Below are positions 18,552 through 27,984 of a stretch of 64,000 nucleotides of DNA, piece by piece. Position 1 is the first letter of the stretch; each line of letters starts with the position of its first letter. Both the position numbers and the translations under genes were made by a program. Below the pieces are notes generated by a model. That model saw only the letters and a list, made by a program, of their open reading frames with translations, ran no database searches and was not told where the DNA came from. The stretch lies in sequence record OQ828465.1; one strand, 5' to 3'.

Positions 18552-19052
18552 ATGCTATTTAAAGATGAACTATGCATCGAAAATATCTTAGTAAAAGAAA
18601 AACTATATCTAGTTAGAAATATTGGTAGGAATCGTGAGGTATATCCTAATCCAAAAGTAACATATAAATATATTAAGGAATTCACTAAAATGTATGGTGT
18701 GATTCCAATGCAATTCTTAGGGCCGCTACTTCATGAAATCGTTGAACGAGAAGATTTCGCCTTAAAAGGAAAAGAAGCACAGAAATTCATTGATGATAAT
18801 CCTTATACTTTAATTGAATATGGTAGCAGTTTTCATATTTACTACATTATTCGTAATTATATTATCCCAACTACTACTGATCCAGATTGTAATAAATTCA
18901 CTATTAATCTTTATAAGTATAAAGAATTTCTAGAAGAGGTTACTAATAGGTTAAACATGCCACCTTTTTTGGACACCAGTGAACCTTATCGTAATTTCTT
19001 ACTGACAATGCAAGAAAGTCTACGTACCATCCAGGATATTGTGGAAAATTAA
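18552..19052 (+). CDS. hypothetical protein
   Basis: 166 aa, AAGGA RBS. Confidence 0.8.
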   Translation: MLFKDELCIENILVKEKLYLVRNIGRNREVYPNPKVTYKYIKEFTKMYGVIPMQFLGPLLHEIVEREDFALKGKEAQKFIDDNPYTLIEYGSSFHIYYIIRNYIIPTTTDPDCNKFTINLYKYKEFLEEVTNRLNMPPFLDTSEPYRNFLLTMQESLRTIQDIVEN

Positions 19053-19151
19053 TGAAGTTTAGAATGTTAAAAGTTAATGTATTAAATTTACTCTACTACA
19101 TACTTTACCCTACTCCATATTGGGGTAGGGGTATTAAGGTGGAGTATAAAT

Positions 19152-19445
19152 ATGTCAAGCAACAAACTATCTGCACAACTTAATCGTCATCACAATACTC
19201 GTATAGTTAATTATTATGTTTCACTAGCCGAGAGTCGTTATAATGACACTAATCCTTCAGCAAAGGCTAAAGGTAAATGGCGTAAACATAATCCGTTTAA
19301 CTGCGGTAGGTCTCGTTGTATGCTATGTGGTAATCCGCGTAAACATTGGAATAGGATTACTCTTAATGAATTAAAAATAAATATTTCATTAAAAGAGCAA
19401 CTCAATGATCTTTATGTAGATTATACTACGCTGACTGAGGATTAA
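19152..19445 (+). CDS. basic protein with putative Zn-binding motif
   Basis: CGRSRCMLCGNPRK; GGAG RBS. Confidence 0.75.
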   Translation: MSSNKLSAQLNRHHNTRIVNYYVSLAESRYNDTNPSAKAKGKWRKHNPFNCGRSRCMLCGNPRKHWNRITLNELKINISLKEQLNDLYVDYTTLTED

Positions 19446-19516
19446 ATTATGCATGAAGAATATGAAGCAATTTAATAGTTTAGATTAACCATTTGAAATA
19501 AATTTGGAATTAGCAA

Positions 19517-19639
19517 ATGAAAGTTAAAAATAAGCAACAGCCTAAGTTTGTCAATCTAGCTACTATGCAAGCTGCTTGGCGGCTTAATAATGCAGAACTC
19601 AAAGCTAAACGTGAAGCTAAAGAAAAGCAAAAAGAATAA
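19517..19639 (+). CDS. 40 aa basic microprotein
   Basis: read by hand: MKVKNKQQPKFVNLATMQAAWRLNNAELKAKREAKEKQKE; terminator 19657-19685 follows. Confidence 0.55.
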   Translation: MKVKNKQQPKFVNLATMQAAWRLNNAELKAKREAKEKQKE

Positions 19640-19825
19640 AACTATTTAGTTGCATAAAGAGAGAGGAATTTATCCTCTCTCTTTTTATGTTGTTTTATAA
19701 TTTGTATACTACAGGTATATTTCAATATGGAATCTTACTTACACGTACCATTCTAGATAGAAATATCCTAACTGATATGTTTGTTCTTTATTCTCGGATC
19801 ACTGAACCTAAAGAGGATTTTTAAG

Positions 19826-20308
19826 ATGGTTGAGCATTTAAATAAAGATAACTTCTTTTCATGGGGTGCTGTAGTAGGTGGTGCGCTATTACAGTATTTT
19901 GAAAATGGTAAACTTGAAGGTGGGTATGATATATTTAAATTCAGTGATGATGTCAACGGCCTAGTTATTACAGGTGGTATAACGCATCGAAAAAATATCG
20001 GGATCCTGAATGGTCAAGGTGATGATGAAGATCTGTTTTTAGTATTTGTCATAAGTAATACCAATAATCCATATGTCGTATGGTATTATGATATTTATAA
20101 AGATAATGAAGGTATTTGTTTTACGAATGCTTCACCTACCAGTGGTCGTATTTTTAAATCAGATACTGATGAAAATAATGACCTGTCGATAAGTCAATTA
20201 CTTAAAGTAGTTAAATACCTAGTAGATGAACGAGTTCGTTTAAATAAAAATATAGTTAATTTACCAGGTTATGAAATCATTGAAGAAGATAAAGACTTTC
20301 AACTATAA
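19826..20308 (+). CDS. hypothetical protein
   Basis: ATG 19826 after GAGGA (ORF track starts 19781). Confidence 0.8.
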   Translation: MVEHLNKDNFFSWGAVVGGALLQYFENGKLEGGYDIFKFSDDVNGLVITGGITHRKNIGILNGQGDDEDLFLVFVISNTNNPYVVWYYDIYKDNEGICFTNASPTSGRIFKSDTDENNDLSISQLLKVVKYLVDERVRLNKNIVNLPGYEIIEEDKDFQL

Positions 20309-20335
20309 TAAGTCTTTTACAAAGTCACCATAAAG

Positions 20336-20410
20336 TCCTCCCTTCGGGGAGGCTTTATATTTTATTTTTTGTATTCAAACATATTTTAACAGTATATTAC
20401 TAATGTGAAT
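20336..20410 (+). promoter_or_regulatory. terminator + early promoter cassette
   Basis: cctcccttcggggaggc, T-run, gtattcaaacatattttaacagTATATTAC (20393-20400). Confidence 0.8.
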
Positions 20411-20436
20411 TCAATCTTGAAAAAAGGAGATATGTC

Positions 20437-20766
20437 ATGAATATGTCAACTATTTCCACTGGTGTTCTGGTGCTTGGTGGTATTGCATTTGGTTACCATC
20501 TCTTTGATGGGGCACGTTCCATTTATAAAGAATGGTCGATGGAATACATTTACAAAAAGCAAATGGCTAAGGTAAAGGAGCAGCTTACCGAATATGAAAA
20601 CAAGTATGTTGAGATTCCATCAATAGCTGAAATAAATATCTATATCGAACCAGTTCTAACTGAAGCTTTAAATAAACTTGATCGGTATAGTTACAACTGC
20701 TTCTTACATGATGTCGAACAGTACATCGAGTTTATTATTGATAATTATCGTGTAGTTAATCGATAA
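20437..20766 (+). CDS. early membrane-anchored protein; syntenic with phiKZ gp241
   Basis: N-terminal hydrophobic helix then coiled coil; sixth gene after thyA (gp235 by recollection); monocistronic early unit. Confidence 0.65.
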   Translation: MNMSTISTGVLVLGGIAFGYHLFDGARSIYKEWSMEYIYKKQMAKVKEQLTEYENKYVEIPSIAEINIYIEPVLTEALNKLDRYSYNCFLHDVEQYIEFIIDNYRVVNR

Positions 20767-20778
20767 TAAGAGCATATG

Positions 20779-20835
20779 GCCCTCCCTTCGGGGAGGGCTA
20801 TTGCACTAAATTTTATTTGAGATATATATTACATG
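20779..20835 (+). repeat. terminator + early promoter cassette (copy of 5658..5715)
   Basis: 45 bp identity with 5658; TATATTAC 20825-20832. Confidence 0.85.
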
Positions 20836-20877
20836 TGTGTATTACAAAATCAAATTAATGTGTCGAGGTTTTAATAG

Positions 20878-21315
20878 ATGGACGTAGTTACTAACATTTG
20901 GGAGGACGTTCTTACGAACGTGCATCACAAACTAAAGGTAATGGCCACTACTGCTGGCGATGTCATTCATATAGTGGAACCCAAATTAAATGAAATGATT
21001 AAATCGAATATTAATCAACTACAGACAGAAAGGTATAGTCTTAGTTTAAACAAAACTAAAGACAATAAATACTACGCAAAATACCATGATAATCATCATG
21101 GCTGGGATGTTTATTTATTTGTTGAACAAACTAGGTATGGGGCTATTGTTGGTAGTGGATTACGCCATCGTGCTAAAGAAGCTTGGGGTCTTAATAAATT
21201 CAGAGAATATAATCTTATCAAAGTAAGGTGTACTCGACAAAATAGTGTTGTTGATAGTATTGTCTTCTTCGACGATCCATCTGAATATTTTCTTAGAACT
21301 GTAAATAAATTTTAA
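20878..21315 (+). CDS. hypothetical early protein
   Basis: 145 aa, GAGG RBS. Confidence 0.8.
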   Translation: MDVVTNIWEDVLTNVHHKLKVMATTAGDVIHIVEPKLNEMIKSNINQLQTERYSLSLNKTKDNKYYAKYHDNHHGWDVYLFVEQTRYGAIVGSGLRHRAKEAWGLNKFREYNLIKVRCTRQNSVVDSIVFFDDPSEYFLRTVNKF

Positions 21316-21335
21316 ATTAACTAAAAGGTAAAAAA

Positions 21336-22235
21336 ATGAATAATCTACAAGTTAATACCACTATTAAAGAATTACATAAACTTCTAATCTGTAATATTAT
21401 TGATGGTAAACTAATTGAATATAATGACATTGTGAAAGAACTGAAAATTACTAATGATGAATTAGATAATCTACTAATAGCTATTTCAAAGCTATCTGAT
21501 ACACCAATTAATAATATCTTTAAATCACTTTCACTAGCAATTGATCTACGTACAATTACATCCGTCATTGAAAAACTTAGTAATTCTACGAAACTATCTA
21601 AAAAAGAAATCCAGCTAGATCTGTTAACTAGGTTAGGAATAAAAGATAATTATTTTTCGAATAGTTTTACTAATGTGTATCATGAACTAAGTGATATTAT
21701 CAAAAAGCTTGAATATAGTGATAAACTATATCAATCAGATTATCAAAACTTTATTATTGATAAAGTAACTAGTCATTTTAAAGATGTATTATATTCAGCT
21801 GGTTATGCAATCAATGATATTTATAAGTACACTGATTCTAAAGTAGTTAATGTAGATAAAAATGGACTATTGGTAGGTATGAGTATTACCAATTATAGCT
21901 TCCATAATAAGGATGAACCAATTAGGACTATTGGTTTTTCATTAATTGATAAAACCGAGCGTTGTGTTGGAAAATCTGAAACTATTAAAAAGTTTGATGT
22001 TGAAGATTTTCTTAATACAATGGATACTATCAATATTAATCATAATGATATTATGTTTTTCTCAAAGCAGTATCGAGAAAAAGACTTAGCCATTCATAAT
22101 GCGATCATGAATGAATTTAAGGTGAACAAGATTTCAAATGATACACGTGATAATATAATATCTTATCATATTGCCATGATGGGACATAACTGTATTATCT
22201 CATTTAATCACAGTGGGCTCCTATTAAAAATTTAA
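21336..22235 (+). CDS. hypothetical protein
   Basis: 299 aa ORF. Confidence 0.85.
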
Positions 22236-22292
22236 TAGAATATCAATTAAAAATTATCTTATGTAGTTTATCTAATTAAGGAAACAAAAAGA

Positions 22293-22649
22293 ATGCCAAC
22301 TTATATTGAATTAATCAATATTGTCAATGATGATACTCCTGTAGATGATGCAGTTATTAGTGATCTGATGAGTCAAATGAATGATAAACAAACTGTTCTT
22401 GACAGTTGTCGTATCAATCATAAAGGCTATGCTTATTTTAAGTTCCATGTTAAGGGATCAATTAGTAAGGATAAACTTAAGGCTCTAAATGAAACTTTAA
22501 AAGATTCTAATCTTGTTGTGACTGATGCTAGTACACAACGTGGTTTCATGCCACCTAATAAGTTTGATGATATCACTTATACTGAAGAGAGTGTTGGTTA
22601 TAGGGCAATGGTCTGGACAAGCTTCACTATTGAAAAGCTACTTGTATAA
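22293..22649 (+). CDS. probable virion protein (syntenic with phiKZ gp244)
   Basis: monocistronic: TATGTAG late motif at 22260 and UUCG terminator at 22651-22671. Confidence 0.55.
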   Translation: MPTYIELINIVNDDTPVDDAVISDLMSQMNDKQTVLDSCRINHKGYAYFKFHVKGSISKDKLKALNETLKDSNLVVTDASTQRGFMPPNKFDDITYTEESVGYRAMVWTSFTIEKLLV

Positions 22650-22699
22650 TAAGAGCCCTTCGGGGCTCTTTCTATTTCGCAATTAGGTATCTGTATTAA

Positions 22700-23134
22700 A
22701 TGGATAAGTATCCTATTCTACAAGCTATGTCTAAAGAAGAGGCATTTAGACTTTTAGACATACAAGGTGAGTTTAGAAAAACTCAAATGAAAGAAAGGTA
22801 TTGGAATGAGGAAACTGGTCTATGGTGGTGGGAACAACATCCCGATGTGAAATTAAGGATAGTTGCCGCCTGCAATAGATGGAAGGATGTTTATTTCATT
22901 GCAGCGAGGCATTCATCAATCATAATGACTCAACAACAGCTAATGTATGGTGGTCTTAAGGTATTGCATGAATATGCAGGAGATGATCATGAACAAGGTT
23001 TTATTGATCAGTATGAAAACTTCCACTCTAGGGAAGAAGCAGTAATTATCGCTAAGAATAATAATCAGTTATATCGAGCTGAATTAGAAAATAGATTAGT
23101 AACTAAATATTTATTTAGTGAAGACCTATATTAG
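22700..23134 (+). CDS. conserved phage hypothetical protein
   Basis: QGFIDQY..F.SREEA..IA ... LFSEDLY signature. Confidence 0.8.
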   Translation: MDKYPILQAMSKEEAFRLLDIQGEFRKTQMKERYWNEETGLWWWEQHPDVKLRIVAACNRWKDVYFIAARHSSIIMTQQQLMYGGLKVLHEYAGDDHEQGFIDQYENFHSREEAVIIAKNNNQLYRAELENRLVTKYLFSEDLY

Positions 23135-23164
23135 GTTTCCAATAATTTAAATAGGAATATAGCT

Positions 23165-23821
23165 ATGCTAATGAATGAAATTATCGATATTCTAGAAGGA
23201 GGGAAAGAGAATATTCTCTTAACTAACCATCTAGGTAATGGCAAATATTCCAATGCGGGTAATGCAATGGCTGCATCATATGCCATTGCGGCACATACTG
23301 CTGTTGGTCAATTGCGAGATGGTTCAGGAAAACCTTACTGGCATCATTTATTACAAGTAGCTGAGATGGCGCAATTATTCGACCTATCTCACGCTGCTTA
23401 TAAAGCAGCATGGTTACATGATGTAATTGAGGATACTGCTGTAACTGCTTCTGATCTAACTAAACTATTCTCAATCCCTGTTGTTAATTTAGTAACTGAA
23501 CTAACAAATGTAACTTACGAAGGTAATCGTAAAACTAGGATTAGTTTACAACATGAAAGACTTTCTCGCATTTCATGGAGTGGTCAATCTCTTAAGTTAC
23601 TAGATTCCATTTCAAACATGTGGTCGATTGTTAATGATAAGCCTGATTTTGCTGAACTGTATCTGACTGAGAAAGCTCAACTAATCAGTAAGTTAAATAA
23701 TTGTCACCCCGCTATTAAAGATCTGGCTATATCTGTTCTCTATGGCAGGTGTACTATGGTTGGTGGGGATGCACTAAAAGAATATAATAAACTATTTTCT
23801 GATAATGAAATTGTATGTTAA
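23165..23821 (+). CDS. HD-domain hydrolase, Mesh1/SpoT (p)ppGpp hydrolase-like
   Basis: AH..Q.R..SGKPYWHH, AAWLHDVIEDT, V.ELTN, KLLD..SN. Confidence 0.85.
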   Translation: MLMNEIIDILEGGKENILLTNHLGNGKYSNAGNAMAASYAIAAHTAVGQLRDGSGKPYWHHLLQVAEMAQLFDLSHAAYKAAWLHDVIEDTAVTASDLTKLFSIPVVNLVTELTNVTYEGNRKTRISLQHERLSRISWSGQSLKLLDSISNMWSIVNDKPDFAELYLTEKAQLISKLNNCHPAIKDLAISVLYGRCTMVGGDALKEYNKLFSDNEIVC

Positions 23822-23839
23822 AATAATTACTTAATATAC

Positions 23840-23915
23840 ACCCTCCCTTCGGGGAGGGTTTTATTTATCTTTTTTTGTATTTAAACTATTTAAAAAGCTA
23901 TATTACAAATATGAA
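23840..23915 (+). promoter_or_regulatory. terminator + early promoter cassette
   Basis: accctcccttcggggagggt, T-run, TATATTAC 23899-23906. Confidence 0.8.
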
Positions 23916-23939
23916 TTTAATAACCAAGAGGGCAATACA

Positions 23940-24203
23940 ATGACTGAACGTTTGAAATCCGTATGGTGCGCTTGCAGCTTACTGCGTGAACGCTGGAGAC
24001 ACATCCAAGACATTGCTGTCGGGGATGAACATCATGTCATAGTAAAAAACGATATGCTGATGGTGTTTCGTGGTCAAGTACCGGTAGGTAGCATGTACCG
24101 GGGTGACAGTGACCCACTCATCTACGAGGGTGGTGCACTGGAAGAATTTACTAAAGTTGTATTGGATTTAGAATTCAATACTCGTGGTGAAACCAATAGT
24201 TAA
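23940..24203 (+). CDS. hypothetical early protein
   Basis: 87 aa, GAGG RBS. Confidence 0.8.
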   Translation: MTERLKSVWCACSLLRERWRHIQDIAVGDEHHVIVKNDMLMVFRGQVPVGSMYRGDSDPLIYEGGALEEFTKVVLDLEFNTRGETNS

Positions 24204-24229
24204 TAAAATTAATTTTGAGGTAATTCATT

Positions 24230-24637
24230 ATGAAATATGTAATTGTATTTATGTTGTCTATTGTAACTATCACTGCTAACTCGGCTGTCATGTACACTAA
24301 TCGTGATTCATGCATCGAGTTTGTAAAACAGGCAGATGAATTGTTTGTAAAAGGTGCATCTGTAACTGAAGTGCAAATGAAGACTTATGAAAGGATTCAT
24401 TATATCCTTAATAACACTAAAGATCTAAAGACCAACCAGTCTAAAGTTGAAGAACTCACTGGTCTATTTTACCTATGGTCTAAGGTAGATAAAATGGCAA
24501 TTGAGGCAAGTTTGCCACGTGCAACAAATGCTGCTAAAGTCTATAAGACCACTCCTGAGAAATTCATCATTGATGGTTATTTCCAGCGTTGTGTAGCGGC
24601 AGGTGCGTTTGAAGCAAAACCACTTACTCTAAAATAA
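24230..24637 (+). CDS. secreted Cys-pair protein
   Basis: signal MKYVIVFMLSIVTITANSA; C near each end. Confidence 0.8.
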   Translation: MKYVIVFMLSIVTITANSAVMYTNRDSCIEFVKQADELFVKGASVTEVQMKTYERIHYILNNTKDLKTNQSKVEELTGLFYLWSKVDKMAIEASLPRATNAAKVYKTTPEKFIIDGYFQRCVAAGAFEAKPLTLK

Positions 24638-24649
24638 TGGAGGTACAAC

Positions 24650-25009
24650 ATGCTTAAGAATTGGCTATTATTCCTTTTCCTGCCAATCCTGTCCATTGCA
24701 TGTCAGCCTGCCCACGCTGTAGAAGTGGGTATTACTAAGAAATCATGTAATGTGGCAGTAAATCTTTCACAAAAAGCAACTGAGCTTTATGATAAGAACC
24801 TATCCCAATTTGAGATAATGATGCAGTTAGATATGATCTCTCGTAAGGATATGGATGACTTAGAGTTCTATGCAGGTACCGTATATGCTAAATTAAACTT
24901 AGTTGATATTCGCGTAAATAAACGAAAAGGATTTACCAATGGAGCTATTCTAGATAGGCTAGCTGAAAACTGTGTTGAAGCAATTGGTACTAAATTTAAC
25001 TTGGAGTAG
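24650..25009 (+). CDS. secreted Cys-pair protein
   Basis: signal ending AHA; KSC ... ENC. Confidence 0.8.
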   Translation: MLKNWLLFLFLPILSIACQPAHAVEVGITKKSCNVAVNLSQKATELYDKNLSQFEIMMQLDMISRKDMDDLEFYAGTVYAKLNLVDIRVNKRKGFTNGAILDRLAENCVEAIGTKFNLE

Positions 25010-25012
25010 AAT

Positions 25013-25807
25013 ATGGTTAGTATTTATATTGTCATTATACTCATGGCTATGCTAGCTGCATTGACATGTGGTAATTTGGTAGATAGCTGGGTAAGGCCAG
25101 CTATTCTAAAGTGGTTAAATGATGATGTCGCTATTCATTTCACCAATGCTACCTGGATGGTTGGGGGGATCCCTAATAGTGTTCCAATGCAACTAGGTAA
25201 AGCTGTTTGGTTACCCAAATACGTGGGTGACGGAATACGTCTTTATATCACGGCTGATGAAATAAAATTTGGATGGAATGGTAAAGAAAAAGATGCTTTA
25301 GCACGAGCCATTGTTGAAGTTATCTTTATTGGTAAAAATCCAAATAGTAAACTTCTTGAAGTAAGTATTAAACCTATTTGGTTACACCCTTCTATCCAAA
25401 AAGAAAGTTTCTATTTAATGTTTGATTGGGAAAAGCTTTATACAAAAAATGAAGAGATGCGTATTTGTTGGAAGACAATACGTCACACTTTTTTCTATGG
25501 ATTCCTAGGTTTGCTATTTGGCGGTAGTGCCAATGCAGATAACCTTGTATTAACTGAACGTGGATGTGACCAATATGAAGCAATGGTGAGAACTATTGCA
25601 TCTAAAGCTTATATTGGATTAGATCCAGTTATGGGTAGGGAATTCATTATTAATGATCCTGATATGTTAAATGCCCGTGAGAAAGCACAACGTAATACCC
25701 GTATCATTATCGATATGGTGGAAACTGGACAAGAACCCAAAGACATTGCATTATGGATGAATACTCAATGTAAACAAGAAGCAGTGTCAAATTTAATCAA
25801 ACAGTGA
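25013..25807 (+). CDS. membrane protein fused to a secreted Cys-pair module (possible internal start 25457)
   Basis: N-terminal TM; internal MRICWKT..FFYGFLGLLFGGSANA signal-like segment then RGC ... TQC. Confidence 0.75.
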   Translation: MVSIYIVIILMAMLAALTCGNLVDSWVRPAILKWLNDDVAIHFTNATWMVGGIPNSVPMQLGKAVWLPKYVGDGIRLYITADEIKFGWNGKEKDALARAIVEVIFIGKNPNSKLLEVSIKPIWLHPSIQKESFYLMFDWEKLYTKNEEMRICWKTIRHTFFYGFLGLLFGGSANADNLVLTERGCDQYEAMVRTIASKAYIGLDPVMGREFIINDPDMLNAREKAQRNTRIIIDMVETGQEPKDIALWMNTQCKQEAVSNLIKQ

Positions 25808-25820
25808 AAAAGGCATAGAT

Positions 25821-26204
25821 ATGAAAAGAAATTTTGAAGATGATCACGTGGTAATGGCAGTGGAAGTATATGAGAAACTGAAAGAAGCTGCTGCTTATTC
25901 ATTACACTCTTCTGAAATTAGTAAGATCGAACGACATATGCGTAAGTTTAATCGTGTTCAACGCGATAAACATATTGAAAATATGCGTATGGAAATGCTT
26001 GAGAAACGCGAGGCTATTAGAAAAGCAAAATCTTTCTTTTCTCAAAATGCCGGTAAAATTGGTTGCGTAGTAGATAGGCTTGTCAAAGTATGTGAAGTGT
26101 ATAAAATGGATAAGTCTATGGTGGTTGTTGAGTTTCTCCAACATAAATCTAAAATTAAAGTTCCAGTAAATCCTGAAAAAATTACTATTCTTACCATTAA
26201 ATAA
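25821..26204 (+). CDS. hypothetical protein, paralog of 854..1456
   Basis: shared N-terminal pattern. Confidence 0.8.
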   Translation: MKRNFEDDHVVMAVEVYEKLKEAAAYSLHSSEISKIERHMRKFNRVQRDKHIENMRMEMLEKREAIRKAKSFFSQNAGKIGCVVDRLVKVCEVYKMDKSMVVVEFLQHKSKIKVPVNPEKITILTIK

Positions 26205-26221
26205 ATGAAGAAGGATTTAAA

Positions 26222-26677
26222 ATGAAAAATGTAATTGCAGCAGCTTTCGCTGGTCTCATTGCCATTACCGGTATCATGTTCAATACCGCAATGGCTGAAA
26301 TCAAGATTGGTAAAAAAGATGCTCAACTCACTGTGCAGTCGTGTGCAATGGTTGAAACCATTACTAAACAAGCTGTATTTCGAATGAGTGAAGGTCATAG
26401 CGCAGATGAAGTTGGTGTGCTTATGCTCAACAACTCTGCTAAACTCAAAGATGAGTTGGATACCAATAATTGGATTGCGTTAACATTCGTATTCAATAGT
26501 CTTAATAAAATCAATAATGACCTTAACAGTAAAGAGATCCATGATTATATCCGTAGTCAAGGTTACAATGTGACTACTCCTAATCTGGCAGCTTTTATCA
26601 GCGGGTATTATGGCAATTACTGCATGAAGCATATTGGTGAGAAATTCACTCACATGGTAATTGTTGAACTCATTTAA
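26222..26677 (+). CDS. secreted Cys-pair protein
   Basis: signal ending AMA; QSC ... NYC. Confidence 0.8.
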   Translation: MKNVIAAAFAGLIAITGIMFNTAMAEIKIGKKDAQLTVQSCAMVETITKQAVFRMSEGHSADEVGVLMLNNSAKLKDELDTNNWIALTFVFNSLNKINNDLNSKEIHDYIRSQGYNVTTPNLAAFISGYYGNYCMKHIGEKFTHMVIVELI

Positions 26678-26709
26678 TTCATATCGAATACTTTCAAAAG
26701 GAAAATAGG

Positions 26710-27087
26710 ATGAAATACGTCTTCTCGCTCATTATCACTATGGTAGCAATGTCGGTTAATGCACAACCCGTAACCGTGTCATCTTGCTACGTGCTGCACA
26801 GCTTGGCAAAGAATATGGTTCAATTCTACACTAATGGCGGTGAGCCATTGGAGATGTATGCAATACTGCAAGATGAACTATCCATTGCCATAGATAAAAA
26901 CCAGAGTGATAAGGCACTCGCTATTAATATCGCATTGGATAATGTCGATGTAATATACCAAAATCTCACTGATCCCGCACTTAAGCTTTTGGCAAAGAGC
27001 GAGGGAAGTGATCTTGGTGAGATGCTGACTGAAAAACTCAGTAATGGGTGTTTCAATATAGTCGGCGAGGAGTTGTATGATAACTAG
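26710..27087 (+). CDS. secreted Cys-pair protein
   Basis: signal ending VNA; SSC ... NGC. Confidence 0.8.
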   Translation: MKYVFSLIITMVAMSVNAQPVTVSSCYVLHSLAKNMVQFYTNGGEPLEMYAILQDELSIAIDKNQSDKALAINIALDNVDVIYQNLTDPALKLLAKSEGSDLGEMLTEKLSNGCFNIVGEELYDN

Positions 27088-27316
27088 AATCATCCTAATT
27101 GTTGCATGGGTATGGGTAATCTCTCTTATGGGAATGATTACGTATGTTCTTTATGATACGTATCAATTTCGTAAGAAATTAGAAATGCCTGTTGTAGAAT
27201 GGGAAGATAAGGCGAAGGACACTCCTGTTAAGAAGTGTCCAGATGAAGTATTATTCGCTGAAGACCCAAAGGATGGCAAACTCAAAATGGGATGCCCTGA
27301 GAGTTATAAGAAATAA
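27077..27316 (+). CDS. membrane-anchored protein with C-terminal Cys pair
   Basis: N-terminal TM; KKCPDE...MGCPE; UUCG terminator 27320-27337. Confidence 0.75.
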   Translation: MITRIILIVAWVWVISLMGMITYVLYDTYQFRKKLEMPVVEWEDKAKDTPVKKCPDEVLFAEDPKDGKLKMGCPESYKK

Positions 27317-27398
27317 TTAGAGGACCTTCGGGTCCTCTTTTTAACCGACTGGACGGTTAAAACTAGGTGGGATAAATTAAACTATTTGAGGAAATCTA

Positions 27399-27506
27399 AT
27401 GCAACTTAGTAATGAACTTTTCTATGTGGGTATGGTAGCTGTATCAATGTCAATCGGTATGCTATTTAGCTATATTTACCACACTCATAAGAAAAAATAT
27501 AAATAA
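27399..27506 (+). CDS. 35 aa membrane microprotein
   Basis: GAGGA RBS; [35 protein letters not shown]; bounded by terminators. Confidence 0.65.
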   Translation: MQLSNELFYVGMVAVSMSIGMLFSYIYHTHKKKYK

Positions 27507-27515
27507 AGTCATAAA

Positions 27516-27575
27516 CCCTCTCCCAAAGGAGAGGGCTTTTACATTAAATTTTTTTTGAAATCTATATTACACTAA
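27516..27575 (+). promoter_or_regulatory. terminator + early promoter cassette
   Basis: ccctctcc-caaa-ggagaggg, then attaaatttttttgaaatcTATATTAC (27563-27570). Confidence 0.8.
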
Positions 27576-27609
27576 TACAACATTAAACTATTAAATAGGT
27601 AATTAAAAA

Positions 27610-27984
27610 ATGAATGAAAATATTAAACGCTCATTTATTGGTATGCCACTGTCTATCAATATTGGTAAAGATATTGATTTATCAATGTATGAACGAATTG
27701 TATTTGTATCACAAGTAGATAAAAATGATATAAAATACTTTGTTTATAAATTAAATAAATCCAAATTTAAACATGAACCAAATGTAGTTAATTACGCCGA
27801 AACAGATAAGGATATTATTATTTATCCCCCGCTTGATTTCATTCAGACAATTAATGAATATTATCGAGTATCATTGGAAAATGAATTTATGTGTCATCCT
27901 GTTATTCTAAAAGCAGATGATAGTAATAATCAAGAAGTATTTTTGAAAACTATTAAAATGGTACATGAGTATGTCGATGAATAA
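27610..27984 (+). CDS. hypothetical early protein
   Basis: 124 aa ORF. Confidence 0.8.
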   Translation: MNENIKRSFIGMPLSINIGKDIDLSMYERIVFVSQVDKNDIKYFVYKLNKSKFKHEPNVVNYAETDKDIIIYPPLDFIQTINEYYRVSLENEFMCHPVILKADDSNNQEVFLKTIKMVHEYVDE

